Source: Bacteroidota bacterium (lineage in GTDB: Bacteria; Bacteroidota; Ignavibacteria; Palsa-1295). Taken from it: a stretch of DNA of 64,000 bases. Positions within the stretch are counted from its first letter, which is position 1. Each line of letters opens with the position of its first letter. The stretch spans positions 218,152 through 282,151 of the forward strand of contig JAUZNX010000004.1 of NCBI GenBank assembly GCA_030706745.1, written 5' to 3'. Positions 49,994-59,680 of the stretch are shown here, one piece after another. A program made the translations under genes and the position numbers. The notes under the pieces are model-generated. The model saw only the letters and a list, made by a program, of their open reading frames with translations, was not told the DNA's origin and made no database searches.

Positions 49994-50689
49994 ATGCGAC
50001 ACTTACGATTGATGGCCCTCGGGCTTTTCCTTCTCACAATCGCGCCGGCACTGGCATCAGCGCAACGCTATGCGTATACACCACAGCCATCCACGATGAT
50101 CGGGGTGCGCGGTGGACTCGGCATTGCCAATGAAGCGACGCCACTCTACACGAACTTTACCGTTTCGAGCCATACCGGATTTCTACTCGGCGGACAGCTC
50201 GACTACTGGTTTCAACCTCAATGGGCGCTGAGCGTACAACTTCTCTATAATCAGAAGGGCGATCACCTCGATGGAGTCAGTCCGGACAATGGTTTGCCAG
50301 AAACAGATGACTTCACACTCGGCTATATCGAAATACCTGTGCTGGCTAAGATTGCACTCGGCACGAGCAATGTGAAGCCATACTTCTTCGCCGGTCCGGA
50401 TGTCGGAATCCTGCTTGCAGCGAGCGACCATCAGGTGCAGACCTCCGGCGGAGCGACATACTTCGACCAAACGGTCGATGTGAGCAACAGTTTTAACTCG
50501 CTGGACTTATCGCTGCTCTTCGGCGCGGGTGTGTCGTATCAAATGACCGGCGGTCCGCAACTCTTCCTCGATGCCGGCTACGCACTTGGCTTAGTCAATG
50601 TCGAGAAGACGGCGGCGACTGGAGTAAACGAGTCACTCATGTCGCGAGACATTCGCATCGCGGCCGGGGCGATGTTTCCGCTGCAATAA
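49994..50689 (+). CDS. Outer-membrane beta-barrel (porin / OMP_b-brl family) protein
   Basis: Signal peptide; IGVRGGL, LYNQKG, YIEIPVL.K, PYFFAGP, alternating beta strands. Confidence 0.85.
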   Translation: MRHLRLMALGLFLLTIAPALASAQRYAYTPQPSTMIGVRGGLGIANEATPLYTNFTVSSHTGFLLGGQLDYWFQPQWALSVQLLYNQKGDHLDGVSPDNGLPETDDFTLGYIEIPVLAKIALGTSNVKPYFFAGPDVGILLAASDHQVQTSGGATYFDQTVDVSNSFNSLDLSLLFGAGVSYQMTGGPQLFLDAGYALGLVNVEKTAATGVNESLMSRDIRIAAGAMFPLQ

Positions 50690-50724
50690 AATGCTCTTGT
50701 AGCGGATTGTATTCGGGGAAGTAG

Positions 50725-50842
50725 CTAATCCCTGCTTCCCGGATATTTCTTCTTCCGATTCCGCACATAGTCGACAAAGACGAACGGGCCCAGATCATTC
50801 AGCCCGGAGTAATATGCGTGGCCTTTGTTGGATTTCGTGAGT
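50725..50842 (-). repeat. Diverged 118-bp duplicate of the 3' end of the VWA gene (51193-51310)
   Basis: Gap-free codon alignment: 14 synonymous/stop changes, 2 non-synonymous. Confidence 0.92.
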
Positions 50843-50897
50843 ATACACGGCGGCACGCACTTTCCGGTTATCCTGGCAGAGGCCGTGCGCGGCGGAG

Positions 50898-50921
50898 CCT
50901 GCCCTGAGCCTGTCGAAGGGT
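50898..50921. repeat. REP-like short palindrome
   Basis: cctgccctgagcctgtcgaaggg. Confidence 0.45.
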
Positions 50922-51192
50922 CTCTACAATTAAATCAATAATTCATCGAAAATGTGCTATGCCGGAGGTATCGAACCATGTTATATTAGATGGAAGGGGG
51001 TCTCTTCGCTAATTACCAATGACGAATTATGAAGTGCAAATGCGGTGCAATGTCGGCTTATTTGCAATGAGAAAACAGACGCCTATCTAGGGGACACCGC
51101 AGCTGTTTCATGAAAAATTTCCCAAAACGTAATATAAAAATATATAGCGTGTCTGTTGGAACAGTGAGTAAAAAAATCGCGAGCCAAGCGAG

Positions 51193-52359
51193 TCAATCCC
51201 TGCTCCCCGGATATTTCTTCTTCCTATTCCTTACATAATCGACAAAGACGAACTGCCCCAGATCATTCAGGCCCGAATAATAGGCGCGGCCTTTGTTCGA
51301 CTTGGTGAGTTCTTCGACGAATCCGATGAGATACGGATCGCGGGCGACCATGAAGGTCGAGATCGTGATCTTCTCGCGGCGGCAGGCGAGCGCTTCATCG
51401 AGCGTCTTGTTGACGATCTTCGGATCGAGTCCGAACGAGTTCTTGTAAAGTCGGCCCGCATCATCGAACATCGCCGATGGCTTGCCATCCGTCACCATGA
51501 AGATCTGCTTATTTACGTTGCCCGATCGTATCAGCAATTGCCGCGCGAGCCGAAGTCCCGCTTTGGTGTTCGTGTGAAATGGTCCAACTTCGAGGAACGG
51601 CAGCTCGCTTACGGTGATGAGCTTCGCCTCATCGCCAAACGTGACGACGTAAAGTTGGTCCTTCGGAAATTTGGTTTTGATCAGCTCCGAGAGTGCCAGC
51701 GCAACCTTCTTTGCCGGCGTGATACGGTCCTCGCCGTAGAGAATCATCGAATGGGAGATGTCGATCATGAGCACCGTAGCGCATGAAGTCAGGTGCTCGG
51801 TCTCGTAAATCTCAATATCATCTTCTTCTATGCTGACAAAAGATGAAGGATGAGTGATGAAGGATGAAGGTTCTGATCGGTCATCATCATCGTTCTCTCG
51901 GAGTGCTCGTTTCTGTGCATTCAGGAATGTCTGGGTAAAGTCGATGTTCGACGATTGATCGCCGAAGTTGTAGGGCTTGGTGTTCTGCGTCCGCTCGATG
52001 CCCGAGCCGGTGTGCGGGGTGTCGTGTGCGCCGCTTGGGGATTTGCGGAGCGAACGGAACATCTCCAGCAGTGCATCACGCCGAATGTTCTGAATTGCTT
52101 TGTTTGTCGGTTTGAGCAGGGCATTCTCGTCTTCTTCGATGAGGCCCATCCGCTTGAGTTCGTCCTTGAACATATCGAGCGTCATGTCGGGGCCGAAGAT
52201 CTTGTATTGTTCGTCGAGATATCGCATCCATTCGAGGACTTCATTGACATCGCCGCTCGTCGTGAGCAACAACTGGCTAAACAGCCCGAGAAGCTGCTTC
52301 AGTCTGTCTTCGGCCGTTTGGCTCTTGCCGGGAATCCATTTGGAATAGGCGACGCGCAT
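51193..52359 (-). CDS. VWA-domain protein
   Basis: MIDISHSM MIDAS, GPFHTNT..GL.LA, IFMVTDGKP; carries an in-frame heptamer insert. Confidence 0.9.
   Translation of the reverse strand: MRVAYSKWIPGKSQTAEDRLKQLLGLFSQLLLTTSGDVNEVLEWMRYLDEQYKIFGPDMTLDMFKDELKRMGLIEEDENALLKPTNKAIQNIRRDALLEMFRSLRKSPSGAHDTPHTGSGIERTQNTKPYNFGDQSSNIDFTQTFLNAQKRALRENDDDDRSEPSSFITHPSSFVSIEEDDIEIYETEHLTSCATVLMIDISHSMILYGEDRITPAKKVALALSELIKTKFPKDQLYVVTFGDEAKLITVSELPFLEVGPFHTNTKAGLRLARQLLIRSGNVNKQIFMVTDGKPSAMFDDAGRLYKNSFGLDPKIVNKTLDEALACRREKITISTFMVARDPYLIGFVEELTKSNKGRAYYSGLNDLGQFVFVDYVRNRKKKYPGSRD
51842..51869. repeat. Tandem heptamer (GATGAAG)x4, one imperfect, inside the VWA CDS
   Basis: gatgaag gatgagt gatgaag gatgaag; encodes PSSFITHPSS. 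Confidence 0.8.
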
Positions 52360-52409
52360 ACTTAATCTAACTCCTTAGAGGTGAATGTGGTTTTGCACAG
52401 CGCTTCGAT

Positions 52410-52437
52410 TGTCATTCCCGCGAAAGCGGGAATGACA
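52410..52437. repeat. Perfect palindrome, REP-like
   Basis: tgtcattcccgc-gaaa-gcgggaatgaca. Confidence 0.75.
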
Positions 52438-52497
52438 GCTAATGAGCGGAGCGAAACCGAAACCATGCGTATTTTTGCGTCTAAACCTAACTACTAC

Positions 52498-53613
52498 ATG
52501 CGCTCACGCTCCAGATATCTACAAGGAAAACCGATCGTTCCGAAACCCATGCCGCGCGCGATGAAGGTCGCGGATCTAGTCGATGACTACTTCCAGGCCT
52601 ACAATGCAGGCCGATTGCATGAGGCTTGCCATCTCATGACCGAACGGATGCTGGGCGACGATGTGACCATTGGCCTCTCGCTTACCGGTGCGCTCACACC
52701 TGCGGGGCTCGGCGGCTCGTGCCTCGTACCTATGATCGAAGCCGGGTTCATCGACTGGATCGTCTCGACCGGTGCAAATCTCTATCACGATACCCACTTC
52801 GGCATCGGCAAAACGCTCCGTCGAGGCAAACCGAATATGGATGATGTATTGCTGCGGAAGGATGGCGTGATTCGGATCTATGACATTCTCTTCGAATACG
52901 ATGTGCTGCTCGATACCGATGCGTTCTTCCGCAAGATCATTGCTGGTCCGGAGTTTCAGCGACCAATGTCGAGCGCGGAGTTTCATTACCTGGCAGGCGG
53001 CTACGTGCGCGCCAGGGAGAAGCAACTACGCATTTCGCATAAGTCCCTAATCTCAACTGCCCACGAATATTCCGTCCCAGTCTATACCAGTTCACCTGGC
53101 GATAGCTCGATTGGCATGAACATAGCCGCAATGGCGCTGCAAGGCAACAAGCTGGTAATCGATCCGAACCGCGATGTTAATGAGACGGCAGCGATCGTCC
53201 TCGGAGCCAAACGCGGCGTGACCACAAAGCGCAAAGGCAAATCCGCCGTCTTTATCTTAGGCGGTGGGAGCCCGAAGAACTTTCTCCTGCAGACTGAGCC
53301 GCAGATTCAAGAAGTCATGGGCATCGAGGAGAAGGGCCACGACTTCTTCCTTCAGGTCACAGATGCCAGGCCGGATACCGGGGGACTCTCAGGCGCGACG
53401 CCATCGGAAGCGGTTAGTTGGGGCAAGATCGATCCGGATCAGTTGCCGGATACCGTCGTGTGCTATGTGGATTCAACCATCGCGCTGCCGATCATCGCGC
53501 AGTATACGCTATCGAGACATGAGAAACGCAAACCGAAACGGCTTTACGACCAGATACCGAAGTTGATGGCAACGCTCGAACGGGAGTATCACAAAGCTCA
53601 GAAGCGCAAGTAG
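52498..53613 (+). CDS. Deoxyhypusine synthase-like protein (homospermidine biosynthesis type)
   Basis: [42 protein letters not shown]; TAttTTTG promoter element at about 52470. Confidence 0.9.
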   Translation: MRSRSRYLQGKPIVPKPMPRAMKVADLVDDYFQAYNAGRLHEACHLMTERMLGDDVTIGLSLTGALTPAGLGGSCLVPMIEAGFIDWIVSTGANLYHDTHFGIGKTLRRGKPNMDDVLLRKDGVIRIYDILFEYDVLLDTDAFFRKIIAGPEFQRPMSSAEFHYLAGGYVRAREKQLRISHKSLISTAHEYSVPVYTSSPGDSSIGMNIAAMALQGNKLVIDPNRDVNETAAIVLGAKRGVTTKRKGKSAVFILGGGSPKNFLLQTEPQIQEVMGIEEKGHDFFLQVTDARPDTGGLSGATPSEAVSWGKIDPDQLPDTVVCYVDSTIALPIIAQYTLSRHEKRKPKRLYDQIPKLMATLEREYHKAQKRK

Positions 53614-53781
53614 GATGGCCCGGCCTTGTCCATCCGCAATGTGTCGGCCGCGATCCAGTCTAAACCTCGCAATCGAACGAATTTTTTCCCCGGCATTCTG
53701 TTTACCGCACCGCCCGGTGGCGTGGGCCCATAGATGGCCCGCCGTCCCAGGCACTTACACAATCTATATCCTCCATCGACC

Positions 53782-54969
53782 ATGGCTGAAGAACACGCTG
53801 TAGCGACACTCACCACACCCACCAACTCACACAACGGCACGTCCAAACCAGCTCCGCAAAAAGCGGGACTCGAAGACGTCGTAGCCGGTCAAAGCTCCAT
53901 CTGCCTGCTCGACGGCAAGCGAGGAATTCTCGCATACCGCGGCTACGATATCCACGATCTCGTCAAAGGCTCATTTGAAGAAACAGCATACTTGCTCCTG
54001 TATAGCAAGCTGCCGAATACCTCCGAACTCGCTGAGTTCAACGCCAAGCTCGTCAAGAGTCGTAGCGTGGCAAAGCCGGTCATGGACCGGATCAAAGAGA
54101 TGCCGCGCAACATCCATCCGATGGCTGCGCTCCGCACACTTGTCAGCGAAGCCGGGCTCTACGATACGCAAGCCGAGGACATGTCACGCGAAGCGAACAT
54201 CGAGAAGAGCATTCGCATGATCGGGATGTTCCCGCTGCTGGTTGCATACTACGATGCCTCGCGCAATGGTCGCGAATTCCTGCAGCCAAAGGCCTCGCTC
54301 GGACACGCGGCCAATTTCCTCTATCTCTTGCTCGGCAAAGAACAGGACGCCGAAGTCGTCAAGATGTTCGACTCGGCGCTCATCCTTCATGCCGATCATG
54401 AGTTTAATGCTTCGACCTTTACCGGCCGCTGCATCGCAGCGACGCTCTCCGATATTTACTCCGCCGTTACGGGTGCCATTGGCGCACTCAAAGGGCCGCT
54501 CCATGGCGGCGCCAACGAGCAGGTCATGAAGATGCTGCTGAAGGTCGGCGATCCGAAGAAGGCCAAAGAATGGATCACCGATGCACTTGCGCGCAAAGAG
54601 AAGATCATGGGCTTTGGCCATCGCGTCTATCGCACCGAGGACCCGCGCGCTACGCATCTGCGCCAGTTCTCCGAGCGCATGGGACAGCGTACTGGTCAGC
54701 CGCAATGGTACGAGATGTCCAAGACGATCGAGCAGTTTATTCTCGAAGAGAAACACCTCTACTCGAATGTGGACTTCTATTCCGCGAGCACCTATTATAT
54801 GATGGGTATTCCGCTCGATCTCTATACGCCGATCTTCGCGATCAGCCGCGTATCCGGATGGACGGCGCATTGCCTTGAGCAATATGCGAACAACCGCATC
54901 ATTCGCCCGATGGCCGAATACACCGGTCCGGTCGATAGCGTGTGGAAGCCAGCCGCTGAGCGCGCCTAA
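53782..54969 (+). CDS. Citrate / 2-methylcitrate synthase (short type)
   Basis: GLEDV, YRGY.I, LHADHEFNAST, GPLHGGAN, GFGHRVY..DPR, NVDFY. Confidence 0.95.
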   Translation: MAEEHAVATLTTPTNSHNGTSKPAPQKAGLEDVVAGQSSICLLDGKRGILAYRGYDIHDLVKGSFEETAYLLLYSKLPNTSELAEFNAKLVKSRSVAKPVMDRIKEMPRNIHPMAALRTLVSEAGLYDTQAEDMSREANIEKSIRMIGMFPLLVAYYDASRNGREFLQPKASLGHAANFLYLLLGKEQDAEVVKMFDSALILHADHEFNASTFTGRCIAATLSDIYSAVTGAIGALKGPLHGGANEQVMKMLLKVGDPKKAKEWITDALARKEKIMGFGHRVYRTEDPRATHLRQFSERMGQRTGQPQWYEMSKTIEQFILEEKHLYSNVDFYSASTYYMMGIPLDLYTPIFAISRVSGWTAHCLEQYANNRIIRPMAEYTGPVDSVWKPAAERA

Positions 54970-54990
54970 GAGCAAATTCCTCTTTACCAA

Positions 54991-55033
54991 AGAAGGATGA
55001 AGGTGAAGACCTTCATCCTTCTTCTTTTTTTTT
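54991..55033 (+). terminator. Rho-independent terminator of citrate synthase
   Basis: agaaggatgaagg-tgaaga-ccttcatccttct followed by a T-run. Confidence 0.85.
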
Positions 55034-55164
55034 ACCTCTCGATTCGTATTCTTATTCGATGTTAATCCGATAGTGTGGTGGATTACCAGAGTAAGTTATC
55101 CGAAATCACTCATCGGGTCCACTGCAGATCGATCAATGGCCCGCCGCTTGGATACCTTCTCCCT

Positions 55165-55389
55165 ATGGCGAGAATCCCTTTCCGTTTCTTTGCGCGGGTC
55201 ATTTTGATGACTGCTTCCTCTGTTTTTGCAATTCTATCCCTTTCTACTCATATTCAGGCGGAAGAGGTTGTCTATGCCGTCGCATCAATTGCCGCCGTCA
55301 TGCTGGCAAGCATGTTCAGAAAGAATGTTCATCATCATAGGCACGCCCGGGCAATCAAAGAGCAAACGCATCAGGCAGGGACTTCCTGA
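55165..55389 (+). CDS. Possible small two-TM membrane protein
   Basis: Two hydrophobic segments and a basic His-rich tail; overlaps the next stop by 19 bp. Confidence 0.35.
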   Translation: MARIPFRFFARVILMTASSVFAILSLSTHIQAEEVVYAVASIAAVMLASMFRKNVHHHRHARAIKEQTHQAGTS

Positions 55390-56789
55390 TGCGAAACTAT
55401 GGATCCTTCCAGAAATGGTCGAATGCCGGCATAACCGCCATGGACGTTTCGGATCCGATTGAAACCATAACGGCTCAGAATACTGGCTGCAACCATCGAG
55501 CGATAGCCCCGGGCGCAATGGACCAAGTACTCAGCTTTAGGATCGAGTTCAACGATGCGCTCCTCCAATTCTGCAAGCGGAATATGAACGGCGCCACTGA
55601 CATGCTCGGCCCCGAACTCGGTGGCATTCCGAACATCCAATACTGGTGCGCCATGGGCATAGAGCGATGCGAATTCCTCGGGATCGATAGATTGAATTCC
55701 CTCAACCGCACGGCCGGCATTTTTCCATGTGTCAAATCCGCCATCGAGAAAGCCGATCACATTTTCATAGCCGATTCGGGCCAGCCGGCTGATGGCTTCG
55801 GCTTCCTGGGCGGCCGGTGCAACGATCACCAGCGGGCTGGAAATATCAAGCAAGGTGCCGGCCCACCAGGCGTAACTTCCATTCAGGCCGATATTGATCG
55901 AGCCGGATATATGCCCCTGTTCGAACGAATCGGCAGCGCGTGCATCGAGGATCAAAGCGCCTTGTGTCAGTGCCTGATCGAAGGCTTCGAGTGTTAACGG
56001 TTGAACATTCCGGCTGAGAACTTCAGCGAGCGGCGCATAGCTGGTCTTGTTGATTGCAGCATCTTTGAAGTAATATCGCGGTGGGGCCGAAAGGTCATTC
56101 GTCAGCATTGCGATAAATTCCTCCCGTGGCACAGCCATACTTGCCGCGCGCAGTGCATAGTTTGCAAGCTTCTGTTGCCCAATTGTGGAGACTGTTTCTT
56201 TGCCGATGTTCTTTCCACAGGCTGAGCCTGGACCATGTGCCGGATAGAGGATCACATCATCCGGCAACGGGGCAATCTTTGTTCGAAGTGAGTCGTACAT
56301 CATCGAGGCCAGGGACTCCTTCGTCATCTTGCCATCGAGAAGATCGGGGCGACCAACATCGCCGACAAAGAGTGTGTCGCCGCTGAAGAGAGAATGCGGT
56401 TTGCCGTGTTCGTCATTGAGCAGATAGCAGACCGATTCCGGCGTGTGTCCCGGTGTGTGGAGTATTTCGATTTCCAAAGTCCCAATTTGGAGTCGTTCGC
56501 CATCCTCCGCTTCGTGGAATGGGTAATCCGCTTTGGCGCCGGGACCGTAGACGATCGGTGCGCCGGTCGCGGCGGTAAGATCGAGATGGCCCGATACAAA
56601 GTCGGCATGGAAATGCGTCTCGAGGATATACTTTATTGTGGCTCCGCGGTCGGAAGCCAGAGCAACGTACTGGTCCGTCTCTCGGATCGGATCGATGATA
56701 ACGGCTTCCCGCCGGCCTGTTGCACCAATCGATTCAACATAATAGGCAGCTTCGGCAAGGCAGTTCGTATAGAGTTGTTCGATATACAT
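55371..56789 (-). CDS. MBL-fold hydrolase fused to two rhodanese domains (persulfide dioxygenase type)
   Basis: THFHADFVSG, TPGHTPES, GDTLFVGDVGRPDL, PAHGPGS.CG, HCARGYRS. Confidence 0.93.
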   Translation of the reverse strand: MYIEQLYTNCLAEAAYYVESIGATGRREAVIIDPIRETDQYVALASDRGATIKYILETHFHADFVSGHLDLTAATGAPIVYGPGAKADYPFHEAEDGERLQIGTLEIEILHTPGHTPESVCYLLNDEHGKPHSLFSGDTLFVGDVGRPDLLDGKMTKESLASMMYDSLRTKIAPLPDDVILYPAHGPGSACGKNIGKETVSTIGQQKLANYALRAASMAVPREEFIAMLTNDLSAPPRYYFKDAAINKTSYAPLAEVLSRNVQPLTLEAFDQALTQGALILDARAADSFEQGHISGSINIGLNGSYAWWAGTLLDISSPLVIVAPAAQEAEAISRLARIGYENVIGFLDGGFDTWKNAGRAVEGIQSIDPEEFASLYAHGAPVLDVRNATEFGAEHVSGAVHIPLAELEERIVELDPKAEYLVHCARGYRSMVAASILSRYGFNRIRNVHGGYAGIRPFLEGSIVSHQEVPA

Positions 56790-56928
56790 AAGGGATCAAT
56801 CTGTAATCAATGCGACATGCAACGAAGTGAGCCGGAAGCAATCTCGTTCCCAAAGCAACTACCATGCTTAGCTTTGCCTCGGCGTCAACAACAGTTAGAT
56901 CGGAAGCAGGCGCCAGGCCTAACACATT

Positions 56929-59661
56929 TCAATGGATTATCTGCACCCGCCGCGAGGCGCTGAAACCTCCATTCGAAATTCGAAGGTAATAGGCTCCCCC
57001 TGGTAGAGTAGATACATCGATCTGTAGCGCCGTGCCGTGCGCGTCCTGAGCCGGAACAGCCGCGCGTCCCAGGACATCATACATCTCCGCGTGGAAGGTG
57101 GCGTTCTCGCCATCTTCCACGGCGCCCACCACGTGGACTTCAAGCTTATCGTTTGCAGGATTCGGACGAATGTCATCAATCGTAAATGCGCCTTGTGACA
57201 TCACCTCTCCCATGGGACCAAAGCCGCAAGCAGAAATAAGGACGAAGTTCGAACCGGACGTATCGATCGACGCGATGCATGCAGGCAGAAGGCCCGTCTG
57301 ATTCTCGAATGTGACATTCGAGAGTTGGAGGGTGGTTGTCTGCATCGAAGCAAGATACACTTTGAATGTAAGGATACCCACTGTATCGCTTGCCGGCAAT
57401 GGTGTAAGATTGAAATGCTGCACTTCTGCCGTGGGGTCGCCGGTCGTGCTCGTTGGCATAAGTCCGATACCTGCGAAGCTCAGGAAATCATCGTTGTGCG
57501 TGAGATCGAAATGAATCGCAGTGAAGGGTCGGAGTGCGGCGCTCCGGTGTCGCAGGACCACGTACACGGTCACGGTTTGGCCAGGCTTCACGTTGTCCGG
57601 ATGAGAAAGTACAATCGAAAATGGCTCCGGATATACAATGCTCGCACGCAACGGGATGGGTTGAAATGCGCTATCGGCGTTCGTGCGGAATAGAAGTGCG
57701 GCGCTGATACTCGCGGGATGGCGTGTCGTGTCCGGTATTGCTGTAATACGAACCTTCGCTGAGCTGCCGCCTGGCAGCACAAAGGGATAAGAGGTGTCGG
57801 TCACAAAGTTGCCGTTCTTCGCACCAATCGAATCGCCGAACACGATCACCGTATCGCATCCGGGATTGTAGAGTGTGATTGTTGTGTCGCGCTGTTGGCA
57901 TACATACACGGTGCCGAACGAAAGGACCGAATCGGAAGTCAATACCGCAAGTCTCGGCAGCGCGGACAATCGAATCGGTATTCTTCTATAAAAGAACCCG
58001 AAGTTTGTGTCTACTCCCGAGGCATGTGGGAAGTAGTAGTAATTATTGAGTGTGGAATCCAGCCCAAGATAGTGTCCGAAGATCGTGATGCTGTCCGAAA
58101 TATTGCCAACGATCCCGGTTGGATCGAACGCGAACAGCAATGAATCGTGATAGAGCATGCGGGCCGTATCAGGTATGGCCGAGACCAATCGAAAACGTGA
58201 AGCGATCGAGTCCGTAATCCACACCGAGTCGATCGCGAGCGTCTCGCAGGAATCGAGCGTGATGAGTGCCACCTCAGTGTCGAGCCTGCAACTACCGGCA
58301 AATGTTCGGGGCGGGGCGATCAGGGCGGTCGGAATGGTAACGACATGGACCGTCCGCGTCTCCGACCAGTCTGAACACTGCCAGTGATTATCGAATTTGA
58401 GTACCACATTGCTCACCGGGTGATGTGGATTGTATGCAAGCCAAAATGTATCCGCGGCTTGCTTGGTGAGAACTGTGGACGTGGGCCCGAGCAACGAAAA
58501 ATCGCCGAGACTATCGCTCGCAATACTGATCTGTTCGCTCATGCTGTCAACATCCGACCAGAAAGGGATCGGAATCCGCATCGCATTGCACATGGAAGTA
58601 AGTTCGAGTGGAATATTGAATGTATCCTGCTGCATGAGCGGCGCGCCGTTCGAGTCCGTCATGTTGGGGCCACTGTGGAGCATGTCATCACCGCCAGTGA
58701 AGGTCATCCAAATTTCGCGGTAGACCCCCCATGCCCCAACTTGCCGCAATACGCTCATAGCGGCGTGCTCGCCCATTGGTCCGAATGGATAAAGCAGATG
58801 CGGACCGTTAAGGACGGTGATGATCGACTTCCAGGTCAGGCCGTCATCGGTTGTGCGGTAGAGTCCACCGGTATCCGAGATGTATGCGGTGGTGCTTGCT
58901 CCTGTGAGCCATTCCGGAAATGGCCCGGAGCCGGTCGGGACCGTCCGCCAGGTCAAGCCAAGATCCGTCGAGCGAAAGACCGTGCCCCACGCGTTGGGAC
59001 AGAGATACACACTCTTGCACCGGTCGGCAAAGGCTCCCGCACTGCTTGGATCAATTCCGTTAACGATGGACATCCAGGTCCTACCTCCATCCGATGAATA
59101 ATAGATGCTTCCACTGCCCGTTGCGATGCAGTGCGTCGTATCCAGCCGCGCAAAAGTCTGCATGGGGTCTTTCAGGCACTGGATGTTACCGGCGGCATCC
59201 GCATAAATATCATTGGCATTATTCAGATGGAGTCCCGAGTATTGCCAATGCACGCCGGAGTCCGACGAGACGAGCACGTCCTGTTCCGTTGCGGCATACA
59301 GCTTTCCTTGAATGAATCGGATCTTCCGGACCATTGCGATGCCCGACGGCATCGTGGAGTGGGTCCATTTGCCACGCTTGGACAAATAATAGATAGTATC
59401 GGTGGGGATTCCTGGTGTGAGCGCTGCAAGGCCATGCGTTGCGTCGAAAAAATAGAACGCGGTGACTTTCCATTCTTTGTCGAACTGAGAAATAAAGTTC
59501 TTCGTCAGTCCCGTCCCGCCGCACATCATCCATTCGGGACCACCGAGTCCGTTTTCGAGAGAGTCAGCCTGCGCCCGTGCGATATTCGCGCTGAAACTCA
59601 TCGTGCAGACAAGCACCAGAATGCTGAGGATGAGACGTTTGATCCTCAGTGACGCTATCAT
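56929..59661 (-). CDS. T9SS cargo: BNR/Asp-box propeller, Ig-like and cohesin-like domains (paralog A)
   Basis: S.D.G.TW repeats, FG.V.VC, FDLTH.DD.L.F, CTD PNPA..YDVLGR..LPGGAYY; likely ATG at 59661. Confidence 0.8.
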   Translation of the reverse strand: MIASLRIKRLILSILVLVCTMSFSANIARAQADSLENGLGGPEWMMCGGTGLTKNFISQFDKEWKVTAFYFFDATHGLAALTPGIPTDTIYYLSKRGKWTHSTMPSGIAMVRKIRFIQGKLYAATEQDVLVSSDSGVHWQYSGLHLNNANDIYADAAGNIQCLKDPMQTFARLDTTHCIATGSGSIYYSSDGGRTWMSIVNGIDPSSAGAFADRCKSVYLCPNAWGTVFRSTDLGLTWRTVPTGSGPFPEWLTGASTTAYISDTGGLYRTTDDGLTWKSIITVLNGPHLLYPFGPMGEHAAMSVLRQVGAWGVYREIWMTFTGGDDMLHSGPNMTDSNGAPLMQQDTFNIPLELTSMCNAMRIPIPFWSDVDSMSEQISIASDSLGDFSLLGPTSTVLTKQAADTFWLAYNPHHPVSNVVLKFDNHWQCSDWSETRTVHVVTIPTALIAPPRTFAGSCRLDTEVALITLDSCETLAIDSVWITDSIASRFRLVSAIPDTARMLYHDSLLFAFDPTGIVGNISDSITIFGHYLGLDSTLNNYYYFPHASGVDTNFGFFYRRIPIRLSALPRLAVLTSDSVLSFGTVYVCQQRDTTITLYNPGCDTVIVFGDSIGAKNGNFVTDTSYPFVLPGGSSAKVRITAIPDTTRHPASISAALLFRTNADSAFQPIPLRASIVYPEPFSIVLSHPDNVKPGQTVTVYVVLRHRSAALRPFTAIHFDLTHNDDFLSFAGIGLMPTSTTGDPTAEVQHFNLTPLPASDTVGILTFKVYLASMQTTTLQLSNVTFENQTGLLPACIASIDTSGSNFVLISACGFGPMGEVMSQGAFTIDDIRPNPANDKLEVHVVGAVEDGENATFHAEMYDVLGRAAVPAQDAHGTALQIDVSTLPGGAYYLRISNGGFSASRRVQIIH

Positions 59662-59680
59662 GCTTGCTGGCCTATTGAGC

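Noticed and set aside
50725-51310. Diversity-generating retroelement TR/VR pair
   Set aside because: Differences are mostly synonymous third-position changes of all base types, not adenine-specific, and there is no reverse transcriptase in the window
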